Assembly: GCA_963840035.1 (NCBI GenBank) | Contig: CAWIXE010000003.1 | Coordinates: forward strand, 224,001 to 288,000 | DNA: 64,000 nt | Reading direction: 5' to 3' | DNA from: a candidate division FCPU426 bacterium | GTDB lineage: Bacteria; Oederibacteriota; PGYV01; Palsa-1178 | Shown here: positions 1 to 9,208 of the stretch, piece by piece | Numbering within the stretch: the stretch's first letter is position 1 | Layout: each line of letters opens with the position of its first letter | Notes under the pieces: generated by a model | Told to the model about the DNA's origin: nothing | Seen by the model: the letters and a program-made list of their open reading frames with translations, nothing else | Databases searched by the model: none | Position numbers and translations under genes: made by a program

Positions 1-483
1 TTTGAAAACGGTCTTGTATCCTATAAAATACCGGATGAAAAATACGCGAAACTCGCCTATATGTATGAGGGCGGAAAAATCCTTGTAATCAACGGCGGAT
101 TAGCAGGTATGGTGGAAGAGCTCACAAAGTTAAAGGCAATTAAGGAAATTGTGTCGGTGGAGACAGACCCTTTTACCGCGTTCATAATGGAAAAGACATT
201 TAAGCCGTCAGAAGTGAAAGGCGTTGATGTTAAGTATTTGTCAATCGGAGGCTTTGAGCCCGCGGGAAAAGATTTCACCACGGTTTTCCTTAATTACAGG
301 GAATTAAGTTCGGGCAGTTATGACGCTAAGTACTTCGCGAAGATTAAGGCCATGCTTAAAACCGGAGGGATGCTCGTTATTTCGCATCCGGAAGGGCGCG
401 GAACCGGAATTGCAGCTGCGTTAAAAAGTGATTTTACAGCCATTGTTGAATTACCGGGCGTAATCACGGCAAGGGCAAAATGA
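1..483 (+). CDS. 5'-partial protein with C-terminal SAM-methyltransferase-like domain
   Basis: Frame is open from base 1. ILVINGG and 'IKAMLKTGGMLVI' resemble class I MTase motifs. Confidence 0.45.
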   Translation, partial: FENGLVSYKIPDEKYAKLAYMYEGGKILVINGGLAGMVEELTKLKAIKEIVSVETDPFTAFIMEKTFKPSEVKGVDVKYLSIGGFEPAGKDFTTVFLNYRELSSGSYDAKYFAKIKAMLKTGGMLVISHPEGRGTGIAAALKSDFTAIVELPGVITARAK

Positions 484-1223
484 GCAGGAAGTTTGACAAG
501 CTTAACGCCATAATGAAGCGCCTTCGCTCAAAAAAAGGCTGCCCCTGGGACAAAAAACAAACCCACAAGACCCTCACACCTTACATCATTGAAGAAGCCT
601 ATGAAGTCATTGAAGCCATAAATAACAACGATGATAAAGCGCTGCGCGAGGAATTAGGCGACCTGCTTTTGCAGGTGGTATTCCAGGCCGAGATAGCGCG
701 CGGCAATAAAAAATTTACAATTGACGATGTGATTGAAGGGATTAACACGAAGCTCACCGTAAGGCATCCCCACGTATTCGGCAGCCGCACTGATATCACA
801 AAATCGGCCCATGTTATGGCTTTCTGGGAAAAATATAAAAAGGAAACGAAGAAAAGGGACTCGGTTATTGACGGCGTACCCGCGGCCATGCCCGCGCTGC
901 TGCGCGGCAGACGGATTGTGTCCAAGGCCCAGACAACCGGGTTTAAGTGGAAAACAAACGCAGGAGTGCTGGCAAAGGTGGATGAGGAACTCCTCGAGCT
1001 TAAAGCAGCCCTCAAAACAGGGAAGAAAAAACACGCCGAGGAAGAGATAGGGGACCTGATATTTACCCTGATATCGCTGGCATACAACAATAAAATCAAC
1101 CCGGAAGACGCCCTTCAAATGGCAAATAACAAGTTTATTAAAAGATTTAAAAAGATTGAAAAGCACCTGAAACCAGGTATGAACGAAAAGGATATGCTTG
1201 ACCTCTGGAAAAAATCAAAATAA
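480..1223 (+). CDS. mazG: Nucleoside triphosphate pyrophosphohydrolase MazG
   Basis: GCPWDKKQTH, EEAYEV, EELGDLLLQVVF, RHPHVF, plus a second EEIGDL domain. Confidence 0.95.
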   Translation: MSRKFDKLNAIMKRLRSKKGCPWDKKQTHKTLTPYIIEEAYEVIEAINNNDDKALREELGDLLLQVVFQAEIARGNKKFTIDDVIEGINTKLTVRHPHVFGSRTDITKSAHVMAFWEKYKKETKKRDSVIDGVPAAMPALLRGRRIVSKAQTTGFKWKTNAGVLAKVDEELLELKAALKTGKKKHAEEEIGDLIFTLISLAYNNKINPEDALQMANNKFIKRFKKIEKHLKPGMNEKDMLDLWKKSK

Positions 1224-1253
1224 ATAAGAATGTGACCGGCTGTATTTTGCCGC

Positions 1254-1282
1254 TTGACAATACAAGATATATATTGTATTGT
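1254..1282 (+). promoter_or_regulatory. Sigma70 promoter overlapped by a palindromic operator of the TA operon
   Basis: TTGACA (1254)-N17-TATTGT (1277). Inverted repeat ACAATACAA (1257-1265) / TTGTATTGT (1274-1282). Confidence 0.6.
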
Positions 1283-1310
1283 TATGTTAAGAAAATATAG
1301 AGGGGTTAGC

Positions 1311-1661
1311 ATGACAGGGGAAAAGTATATTTATAATATAGGTTATTACAGGTCCGGGGGCAGGTGCCCTGTAGACAGTTTTATTGAGTCCAAAAACCCT
1401 GCGGGGAGGGCCAAGATAAACTTTTGTTTTGACCTTTTGAAGGAAAAAGGCCCTGAGCTAAAGAGGCCATATGCCGCGTACTTAACTGATAAGATATGGG
1501 AGATAAGGCCGGGCATAAATACGGAAGAGTACAGGCTTTTTTATTTTTGGTACGGGAAAAAAGCTGTTTTTGTCCACGCGGTTGATAAAAAGGATTTTAA
1601 ACAGTCTGATATAGCGACAGCCGCCCGCAGGATGAAGGAATTACTTCCATATTTGAAGTAA
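1311..1661 (+). CDS. RelE/HigB (Gp49-like) toxin
   Basis: GPELKRPYAAYLTDKIWEIR...YRLFYF...VFVHAVDKK. RBS AGGGG before ATG 1311. Upstream of an HTH gene. Confidence 0.85.
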   Translation: MTGEKYIYNIGYYRSGGRCPVDSFIESKNPAGRAKINFCFDLLKEKGPELKRPYAAYLTDKIWEIRPGINTEEYRLFYFWYGKKAVFVHAVDKKDFKQSDIATAARRMKELLPYLK

Positions 1662-1672
1662 AAGGAGATACC

Positions 1673-1975
1673 ATGAAAAAGAAAACAATACCATCTGTTG
1701 ATTTTGAACTGCCAAAAAAAAGAAAGGCCGGTTATGAGAAAGATCCGGCCTATACAAAGGCCTATAATGCCGAAAAATTCATGTTTTCAGTGGCGGAAAA
1801 TCTGCAGGAGGAACGACTGAAACACCACTTCACACAGAAAGAACTGGCTCATAAATCAGGGCTAAAACAGCAGGAAATATCAAGGCTGGAAAAAGGCGAT
1901 GCAAACGCTACATTAAAAACCCTGTATAAAATCGCGCAGGGAATGGGAAAAAAATTAGTCATTAAGATATCATGA
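1673..1975 (+). CDS. HigA-like XRE HTH antitoxin
   Basis: TQKELAHKSGLKQQEISRLEKG...TLKTLYKIA. Toxin-first order. Confidence 0.85.
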   Translation: MKKKTIPSVDFELPKKRKAGYEKDPAYTKAYNAEKFMFSVAENLQEERLKHHFTQKELAHKSGLKQQEISRLEKGDANATLKTLYKIAQGMGKKLVIKIS

Positions 1976-2021
1976 AATTCAGTTTCTTGAACTTATAGAA
2001 AAATTCGGGTCAAAAAAGGCG

Positions 2022-3499
2022 GTGTTTGTGGCAGATTTAGCCGGTAACGTACACAGGCAGATATTAAAAGATATTGCGCATAGGGTCATGCTGGAGCGCG
2101 GTATGTTAGCGGATTTCAGCGAAGAAGCCGAAAACCAGGCTGACGCGGTATTTTCCGCCGAGGTAGTGATGAAGGAAGGCATAAAGGATTTAACGGCAAT
2201 GCAATGGTGTTCCATAGATAATGACGATTCTGAGGATCTGGACCAGCTAACCACGGCCGTAGCTGACGGCAAAGGCGGCACAAAGGTATTTATCGCCGTG
2301 GCTGATGTGGATTCATGCGTGGCTAAAAATTCCCCCATTGATATGCATGCCGCGGCAAACACCCTTTCGGTTTATACTCCCGCGGAAATATTCCCCATGC
2401 TTCCCATGAAACTTTCAACGGATATTACTTCGCTGAGATTAAACGCCGTACGGCAGGCCGTAATCATAGAAATGACGGTTGATAAGGAAGGTCTTGTTGT
2501 TTCAGGGGATGTTTACAGCGCTTATGTCAAAAATATGGCAAAGCTGGCTTATAACAGCACTGCTGCCTGGCTTGAAAACAGCGGGCCTGAGCCTGACGCG
2601 CTAAGTACGGTGAAAGGGCTTGCTGAAAACATAAGGCTTCAGGATGGCGTGGCGCAGAAAATGCGGGGCTTAAGGTACAAAAACGGCGCGCTTAATTTTG
2701 AATCCACTGAAACGCACGCGGTATTTACCGGCGGAAAAGTTTCAGGGCTGGAAGCGGACAGGAAAAACAGGGCAAAAGAATTAATAGAAGATTTTATGAT
2801 AGCCGCGAACACTGTAACAGCCGGATTTTTAGAGTCGAGAAGATACCCGTCGATAAGGCGCGTGGTGCATACGCCAAAAAGGTGGGACAGGATCGTTGAA
2901 CTGGCAAAGGCAAAAGGTTTTGACCTCCCGGCAGTGCCCGACCCCAAACCGCTGGAAAAATTCCTGGAAGCCCAGAAACTGGCCGACCCGCTGCGTTTCC
3001 CCGATGTTTCCTTAAGCGTAATAAAACTGCTAGGCCCCGGTGAATACTCGCTTGAGCTTCCGGGCGCTTCAGCCGAAGGCCATTTCGGGCTTGCGGTAAA
3101 GGACTACACGCACTCTACCGCGCCCAACAGGCGATTTGCCGACCTTATAACACACAGGCTGTTAAAGGCCGCGATGACAGGAGCGGCCGCGCCATACGCG
3201 GACGCAGAGCTTGACGCGCTGGCAAAGCACTGCACGCAGAAGGAAAACGACGCGAAAAAAGTGGAAAGGCAGGACTGGCCAAATCAGCCGCGGCGCTATT
3301 GCTTGAGGATAAAATAGGCGCTGAGTTTGAAGGTATCATAACCGGCGCGTCTGAAAAAGGGACGTGGGCCAGGATATTTAACCCTCCCGTTGAAGGCAGG
3401 CTTGCCGGAAACCTTAAGGGAATAGACGTGGGTGACAGAGTGAAGGTTAAGCTGGTCAGCACGGATGTACAGAAAGGATTTATAGATTTTATAATATAA
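2022..3499 (+). pseudogene. RNase II/R family (RNB + S1) exoribonuclease, frameshifted near 3274
   Basis: SIDNDDSEDLDQ and HSTAPNRRFADL motifs. The S1 domain is in a second frame (3299-3499). Removing 2 nt at about 3274-3275 gives the contiguous VERQVAKSAAALLLEDKIG. Confidence 0.8.
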
Positions 3500-3533
3500 A
3501 ATGTTTATGCCGATAAGTTCTTAATGTGTGGTT

Positions 3534-3611
3534 GTGGCAGGCACGGGCAAAATTTTTCCATGGATTGCGCAGTAGCGCAGGCCATGGAAAAATTTCACCC
3601 GCGCCTGCCAC
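3534..3611. repeat. Long imperfect palindrome (REP/MITE-like hairpin)
   Basis: GTGGCAGGC..AAATTTTTCCATGG..TGCGC-AGTA-GCGCA..CCATGGAAAAATTT..GCCTGCCAC. Confidence 0.8.
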
Positions 3612-3777
3612 GAGAATAATAAGATAGATTTATTGTATTCCCGTTCCCTTGTATCCTAAATCACACTCTTCTTGTGACATTTAACACAGCATCTTAACAA
3701 ATATGAAGTATACTTATAGTAGGAAGAGAAAGAAGAGGCCGGCGGGTAATGAGACCGGATGAGGCAAGGAGGGTGTC

Positions 3778-4230
3778 ATGAACAGGCTAATCTCGGCAAC
3801 AATCGCGGTGGTTACGGTACTGCTGGCGGTATTTACTTTTTCCCTTTCACTTTCCCCGGACTGGTCTGTCCAGCGCAGGGTGTTTATTAACGCAAAGCCG
3901 CATATGGTTGAGAAATATGTCAATAACACGGCAGCCTGGAAGAACTGGAATCTTTGGGCGGATAAGACAGGCGTAAGTGAAGTAAAAATGGCCAGGACAG
4001 GCGATGGGACTTATGAGTATTTGATCACTTCAAAAGAAACTGGCCTGACGCAAAAATCCACGGTCATTGTCACAGGAGCTGAATTCGGGGCTTATGTCAT
4101 CGAAAGGGTGGAAGGTACATCCAAAAGCAGCCCTCTGACCAGGTACCTTTTGCTGCTTCACAATAATGTCTTTGGCGAGGAGCTGGCTTCTGATTTAACA
4201 GGGTTGAAGAGGGCGGTTGAACGGAAGTAA
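3778..4230 (+). CDS. SRPBCC/polyketide-cyclase-like membrane-anchored protein
   Basis: N-terminal TM, VQRRVFINAKP...WKNWNLW, C-terminal helix DLTGLKRAVE. Confidence 0.6.
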   Translation: MNRLISATIAVVTVLLAVFTFSLSLSPDWSVQRRVFINAKPHMVEKYVNNTAAWKNWNLWADKTGVSEVKMARTGDGTYEYLITSKETGLTQKSTVIVTGAEFGAYVIERVEGTSKSSPLTRYLLLLHNNVFGEELASDLTGLKRAVERK

Positions 4231-4270
4231 AGGTCTAAAGTAATAATTACGAATTACCAATTACTAATTA

Positions 4271-5349
4271 GTTCGGTTCTAACATTTAACGCAACACTTT
4301 GATAGGATTATACTTTCAAAGGAGGCGTTAATAATCAATGAAGAATCCGAACTACAAGAGGTTAAGTTTCGAAGAACGGGAAGAAATTAGCAGGTATTTA
4401 GCAAGTGGTCTAAAAGCTGGCCGAATAGCAATGTTGATAGGTAGAAATAGAAGCACCATAACGAGAGAAATAAGAAAGGGTTTTAAAACAAATACATATC
4501 GCGCGGTACAGGCGAATAATAGAGCCAAAAGAAACGCCAAAAGGCGAAGGTTCGGAAAACGTAAGATAGATAAGTGTAAAAGATTAAAAAGGTTCATTGA
4601 AAAGCATCTCTGGTTAAAGTGGTCACCGGAACAGATTGCAGAAAAATTGAAAATAGAGTATCCTACGGACATGGACATGAGAATATCACCCGAGAGTATT
4701 TATGCATATTTGTATGTGAAGCCCAAAAGCCACTTGAAAAGAGAGCTGCTAAAGCAGTTTCGGCAAAAGCATTCCAGGCGGTTTAAAAGGAATGCCAGAA
4801 TGACCGGAATTGCAAAGGATTTAGAAGATATAACAAGCATAGATGAACGGCCTGCGGAAGTTGAAACACGAGAGATTCCCGGACACTGGGAAGGCGACTT
4901 AATGATTGGCAGACTTCGGCAGTCAGCCATCGGAACGCTTGTTGAAAGAAAAACAAGGTATTTACGGATTGTCCGGTTAAAAAACAGGACGGCAAAAGAA
5001 GTCAAGAAACAATTTGAAGCTACGTTTAAGAAACACCCTAAACAACTTAGATTGAGCATGACATATGACCAAGGCAGAGAAATGGCGGATCATAAAGCTC
5101 TAAGTAAGGCGTTAAATATTAAGATATATTTTGCGCACAAGAGAAGCCCGTGGGAACGTGGAACAAATGAAAACACAAATGGGTTAATACGGCAGTTTTT
5201 CCCTAAAGGCACAGACTTCAATAAGATAAGTTTAAAAGAACTCAGGTATGCAGAAAGACTGTTAAATCAAAGACCCAGAAAAACTTTGGGCTGGAAAACA
5301 CCCGAAGAGGCGTTTTATCAAGATGTTGCGTTAAATACTTGAAACCAAG
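4271..5349 (+). mobile_element. IS30-family insertion sequence
   Basis: Imperfect IRs: GTTCGGTTCTAACATTTAACGCAACA vs reverse complement of the right end CTTGGTTTCAAGTATTTAACGCAACA. Flanking TTA (4268-4270 and 5350-5352) is a candidate target duplication. Confidence 0.85.
4338..5342 (+). CDS. IS30-family DDE transposase
   Basis: HTH RNRSTITREI, WSPEQIA, PGHWEGDL, TYDQGREM, SPWERGTNENTNGLIRQFFPKG. Confidence 0.96.
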   Translation: MKNPNYKRLSFEEREEISRYLASGLKAGRIAMLIGRNRSTITREIRKGFKTNTYRAVQANNRAKRNAKRRRFGKRKIDKCKRLKRFIEKHLWLKWSPEQIAEKLKIEYPTDMDMRISPESIYAYLYVKPKSHLKRELLKQFRQKHSRRFKRNARMTGIAKDLEDITSIDERPAEVETREIPGHWEGDLMIGRLRQSAIGTLVERKTRYLRIVRLKNRTAKEVKKQFEATFKKHPKQLRLSMTYDQGREMADHKALSKALNIKIYFAHKRSPWERGTNENTNGLIRQFFPKGTDFNKISLKELRYAERLLNQRPRKTLGWKTPEEAFYQDVALNT

Positions 5350-5399
5350 TTACTAATAAAGGTTTTTTATTGGTAACTTAGTAATTTGTAATTGGTAAT

Positions 5400-6026
5400 T
5401 TAGTATGTAATAAGTGGCGTTTGTTTTATGAAAGTCCTTGAAGCTGCCTGGTCCAGGATGAAGTGGGCGCAGTCGGCGCGGGAGATGTATCCGCATTTTA
5501 CCCCTGTTAAGTCTGTCAATGCCCTGTACTTCTGCGTAAGCGGGCCGTTTGTCAGGAATCCCGGCCTGACTATTATCCAGTTTATGGCGCTCTTTTTTAT
5601 AATGGCTTCCATCCTATCCTTGTCTTCGTAAACTTTTTTTAGAAGCATGGGGTTTATGACCCTGTCATAAAATATGCCGCCATGGCCTTTTGAGTCGCCT
5701 GCGCCTATCCCTGAAACAGCTATAAAAACTTTTACATTATTCTTCTGGACCGCGTCTATTATGTTTGCCGCGGAGAGCGAGAATGAATTAACTTCATTGC
5801 CTGTGGGAGGAATGCCCATGGCGTTTATGACAGCGTCAATACCCCTGGAAGCTTCCGTCACATCAGAAGGGTTAAGGGCGTCGCCTTTGTAAAAGGTGAG
5901 GCCGTTGCCGGTGAGTCCGGTCTTTTCAGGGTTCCTTGAAAGAAGACGCACGGTATGGCCAATTTCCAAGGACTGTTTTATAACCTGGCCGCCAATACCG
6001 CGCGAGCCGATGACTAATAGGTTCAT
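5400..6026 (-). CDS. NAD(P)H-binding (flavin/biliverdin reductase-like) oxidoreductase
   Basis: VIGSRGIGGQV Rossmann motif, WIIVRPG, ISRADCAHF. Confidence 0.85.
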   Translation of the reverse strand: MNLLVIGSRGIGGQVIKQSLEIGHTVRLLSRNPEKTGLTGNGLTFYKGDALNPSDVTEASRGIDAVINAMGIPPTGNEVNSFSLSAANIIDAVQKNNVKVFIAVSGIGAGDSKGHGGIFYDRVINPMLLKKVYEDKDRMEAIIKKSAINWIIVRPGFLTNGPLTQKYRALTDLTGVKCGYISRADCAHFILDQAASRTFIKQTPLITY

Positions 6027-6257
6027 GTGTACTCCTTTAAAATTTTAAAAGTAATACCTTGGATTAATGATACATTGGCGTAAAGCATAAGTCAAATAAA
6101 AGAACGTGAAGGCGCATTATGGGCGCCGGTGTTTTTGACAATCGAGAATCGAAAATTGGCCGTCGGCATTCGTCTTCGGGTGGGCAGAGTCTTTTTGAGC
6201 GGTTGATAGGTGGACATAATGAAGGTGAAACTATGTCAAAATTTTCCTGGAAAATTT

Positions 6258-6347
6258 TGGCGGAGAAGGAGGGATTCGAACCCTCGGGCCTCTTGCGAGA
6301 CCAACTGATTAGCAGTCAGCTGCCATCGGCCACTCGGCCACCTCTCC
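6258..6347 (-). tRNA. tRNA-Ser(GCT)
   Basis: Reverse complement: GGAGAGG acceptor, GCTGA-CTGCTAA-TCAGT anticodon arm, long variable arm, GGTTCGAATCC, CCA end. Confidence 0.96.
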
Positions 6348-6371
6348 GTTGCGAAGCTAAAGCGGGCAACA

Positions 6372-6478
6372 GTTCGACTGCTCGGCTGCTCGAATGCCCG
6401 CGTTGTTCAATTTTTTCTATGAGTGCCTTATAAATCAAAGTACAGATCTCGAGCATTCGAATAGCCGAACAGCCGACC
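6372..6478. repeat. Octamer inverted-arm element between the two tRNAs
   Basis: GTTCGACT GCTCGGCT GCTCGAAT GCCCG ... CTCGAGC ATTCGAAT AGCCGAAC AGCCGACC. Confidence 0.75.
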
Positions 6479-6520
6479 GCATCCTGCCGGATGCTCTGCC
6501 AAAATTTTCTTTGAAAATTT

Positions 6521-6606
6521 TGGCGGAGGGCGAGGGACTCGAACCCCCAAGGGATCTCTCCCGTCAGATTTCAAGTCTGATGCATTACCAATTATACTAG
6601 CCCTCC
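6521..6606 (-). tRNA. tRNA-Ser(TGA)
   Basis: Reverse complement: GGAGGGC acceptor, TCAGA-CTTGAAA-TCTGA anticodon arm, long variable arm, GGTTCGAGTCC, CCA end. Confidence 0.95.
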
Positions 6607-6618
6607 GCTTTAAGAGCG

Positions 6619-6728
6619 ATTTTAAATTTTAGATTTTATATTTTAGATTTAAGGAGCGCGATGCGCTTATATGATAAAAGTGCCACAGCACACCTTAAAT
6701 CTAAAATTTAAAATATAAAATCTAAAAT
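6619..6728. repeat. Heptamer (ATTTTAN) inverted-arm element
   Basis: ATTTTAA ATTTTAG ATTTTAT ATTTTAG ATTTAAGG ... CCTTAAAT CTAAAAT TTAAAAT ATAAAAT CTAAAAT. Confidence 0.9.
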
Positions 6729-6732
6729 TAGA

Positions 6733-6930
6733 CTATTCGTCCCAGCCTACCAGGATCCCTACGGCTACCGTTATGTATCCGCCTATAATAAGGATAGGCG
6801 CCACTGCTCCGGCCCAGTTTGAGGCGTCGGCGTTGACCTTGGTTAATATGAAGTATCCGAGCGCGAGCACCGCGAGTGCCCCGAGTATGATATAAAGGCC
6901 TTTGTTGTTCTTTGGTTTTGCTTCAGCCAT
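6733..6930 (-). CDS. Small two-TM membrane protein (DUF3098-like)
   Basis: RBS GGAGGA, two hydrophobic helices, VAPILIIGGY. Confidence 0.7.
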   Translation of the reverse strand: MAEAKPKNNKGLYIILGALAVLALGYFILTKVNADASNWAGAVAPILIIGGYITVAVGILVGWDE

Positions 6931-6979
6931 GTCAGTCCTCCTTATGTATATATATCGTCTTCAACGGACTTAAACTATA

Positions 6980-8257
6980 CTATTTTTTGCCAATCCTGTC
7001 AATACCGCCCATGTAGGGCCTTAAGGCCTCCGGGATGATTACTTCCATGTCCTTTGTCTGGTACGCCTCAAGTATGGCGGGGAAAAGCCTTGATGTGGCC
7101 AGTCCTGAGCCGTTTAATGTGTGCACAAAGCGGGTCTTTCCTTCTTTGTCTTTATAGCGGATCCTGGCCCTTCTGGCCTGGAAATCCTCGAAATTGGAGC
7201 ACGATGATGTTTCCCAGAACCTGTCGGCGCCCGGGTGCCATACCTCTATGTCGTAGGTTTTTGCCGACGAGAAGGTCATATCCCCGGTGGATAATAAAAC
7301 CACCCTGTAGGCGAGGTTAAGCTTTTTTAATACTGATTCGGCGTTATCGGTAAGTTTTTCCAGCTCGGCGTATGAATCCTCGGGACGGACGAACTTGACG
7401 AGCTCGACTTTGTTGAACTGGTGCATCCTTACGATGCCTTTCATGTCCTTGCCGTATGAACCCGCTTCTTTTCTGAAGCACGGCGTATATGCCGTGTAGA
7501 AGATGGGGAGGTCTTTGTCCAGGAGTACTTCATCTTTATGTATGTTCGTAACCGGGACTTCGGCGGTAGGAGCAAGGAAATAATCCGGGTCTGTAAGCTT
7601 AAAAGCGTCAGCTTCAAACTTGGGAAGCTGGCCCGTGCCGGTCATGGAGTCCCTGTTAATAAGTATCGGAGGCAATATCTCGGTGTAACCGTTTTCCCTT
7701 GTCTGCACATCGAGCATGAAATTGATTATAGCCCTTTCTAAAAGCGCGCCCAATCCCTTATATATGACAAACCGCGCGCCGGTTACCTTTACAGCCCGTT
7801 TATCGTCAAGTATGTCCAGGTGTTCCGCAATTTCCCAGTGAGGCTTTGGTTTAAAATCGAAAACAGGCTTTACGCCCCACTCGCGCACCAATGTGTTCGC
7901 TTTTTCGTCGTCGCCAACGGGTACGGAATCGTGAGGGATGTTGGGGATGTAAAGCAGTTTCGTGTTAAGCTCAAGGTCGACTTTCGCGAGTTCTTCATCC
8001 AGGACTTTGATCCTGTCGGAAACTATTTTCATTTCCGCTATTATGGAGGACGCGTCTTTGCCTTCTTTTTTAAGCTTCGCGATGTCGCCGGAAACCCTGT
8101 TGTTTTCAGCCTTAAGTTTTTCAACCTCTCCTAACAGTTCGCGCCTGCGTTTATCGAGGCTCATGGCGTCATCCACCAGCGTCAGGTCGACCTTTTTCTT
8201 CTTCAGGCTTTCTTTTACTTTTTCAGGGTTTTCCCTGATGAGTTTAATGTCAAACAT
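6980..8257 (-). CDS. serS: Serine--tRNA ligase
   Basis: [43 protein letters not shown]. Confidence 0.98.
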   Translation of the reverse strand: MFDIKLIRENPEKVKESLKKKKVDLTLVDDAMSLDKRRRELLGEVEKLKAENNRVSGDIAKLKKEGKDASSIIAEMKIVSDRIKVLDEELAKVDLELNTKLLYIPNIPHDSVPVGDDEKANTLVREWGVKPVFDFKPKPHWEIAEHLDILDDKRAVKVTGARFVIYKGLGALLERAIINFMLDVQTRENGYTEILPPILINRDSMTGTGQLPKFEADAFKLTDPDYFLAPTAEVPVTNIHKDEVLLDKDLPIFYTAYTPCFRKEAGSYGKDMKGIVRMHQFNKVELVKFVRPEDSYAELEKLTDNAESVLKKLNLAYRVVLLSTGDMTFSSAKTYDIEVWHPGADRFWETSSCSNFEDFQARRARIRYKDKEGKTRFVHTLNGSGLATSRLFPAILEAYQTKDMEVIIPEALRPYMGGIDRIGKK

Positions 8258-8343
8258 GGCATCTCCTAAGTGTTTAAATAATATGAGTATTATAGATTAA
8301 TGGCTGGATTTTTCAAGATTTATTTAAGGCGTGCGGGTGAAAG

Positions 8344-8703
8344 TCAGTTGTTCTTTTTTTTATCGCTTGATATCATGCCTTTTAGCATGTTAACAAGCAG
8401 TTTTTTTTCCGGATAGGTGAGTTTTTTTACCATTAGTATTATTGACTTGTCTATTATGGAATCATCCTTGAATATGGTGGTTTCCGGGTCATCAAAAAAA
8501 CGCGACATCGGGAGGCCCATGGCCTGCGCTACTTTATGGAGGGTTACTACGCTGGCGGATTTTTTCCCGGTCTCAATCTGGCTTATGAAATTCTGGCTTA
8601 AATCGGAATACTCGCTTAAGTCTTCCTGCGTCATGTTCATTTTTTTGCGCATGGAGCTAATTTTAAGCCCAAGCCTTACGTTGACCCCGTTGTCCTTGCT
8701 CAT
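8344..8703 (-). CDS. XRE-family HTH transcriptional regulator
   Basis: MTQEDLSEYSDLSQNFISQIETGKKSAS. RBS GGAGG. Confidence 0.85.
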   Translation of the reverse strand: MSKDNGVNVRLGLKISSMRKKMNMTQEDLSEYSDLSQNFISQIETGKKSASVVTLHKVAQAMGLPMSRFFDDPETTIFKDDSIIDKSIILMVKKLTYPEKKLLVNMLKGMISSDKKKNN

Positions 8704-8887
8704 CCAGCCTCCATGCCAGGTACGTCAATAACCGGTTGATGGTGTTAATGTTTATGGGAACAAATAACTATAGCACTTCGGGGTGTTTAATGTAAGTATC
8801 TATAGTTAATAATTAAATTGTAATGACTGTTAATTGACTGCGGGTGAATATTTGGTATAATTCAAGTATAATTAACGGAGGGCGTAA

Positions 8888-9055
8888 ATGGATGAGAAAG
8901 TGAAAGTCATAGAAACCTCAGATGGTAATACAATTGAAGTGATCAGGTATGTATCCTTCGGATATGATGATACTGCTATCGCCGTGTGCGCCAGCGGAAG
9001 TTACCTGAAACGCGCAAATGGCATATATGAATTAATTGCCGGCAAGAACCAATAG
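8888..9055 (+). CDS. Small hypothetical protein (55 aa), not in the ORF track
   Basis: RBS GGAGGG, then ATG 8888 MDEKVKVIETSDGNTIEVIRY...AGKNQ*. Upstream TTGACT-N16-TATAAT. Divergent from the XRE gene. Confidence 0.55.
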   Translation: MDEKVKVIETSDGNTIEVIRYVSFGYDDTAIAVCASGSYLKRANGIYELIAGKNQ

Positions 9056-9208
9056 GCAGCGGCTGGAATCTGCATTATATTTGGAAGTCTTTTCTCGCCT
9101 CTATTTTATTTGCTCTAAACCAACCCGCTGTGCGTAAAATCCGTATTGACACAAATCACCCGCGTTGTAATAATACATGTAAGAAGTCATTTATACAGGA
9201 GAGGTTTT

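Larger units (their letters stand above)
4245..5400. repeat. Heptamer (AATTACN) inverted-arm element split by IS30
   Basis: Left arm AATTACG AATTACC AATTACT AATTA (4245-4270). Right arm ...GGTAACTT AGTAATT TGTAATT GGTAATT (to 5400). Confidence 0.8.

Noticed and set aside
6119..6600. Plus-strand ORFs 6119-6433 and 6394-6600
   Set aside because: Antisense shadows of the two tRNA genes.
6258..6606. Prophage or island integrated at the tRNA-Ser genes
   Set aside because: No integrase nearby and no duplicated tRNA 3' end seen elsewhere in the window.
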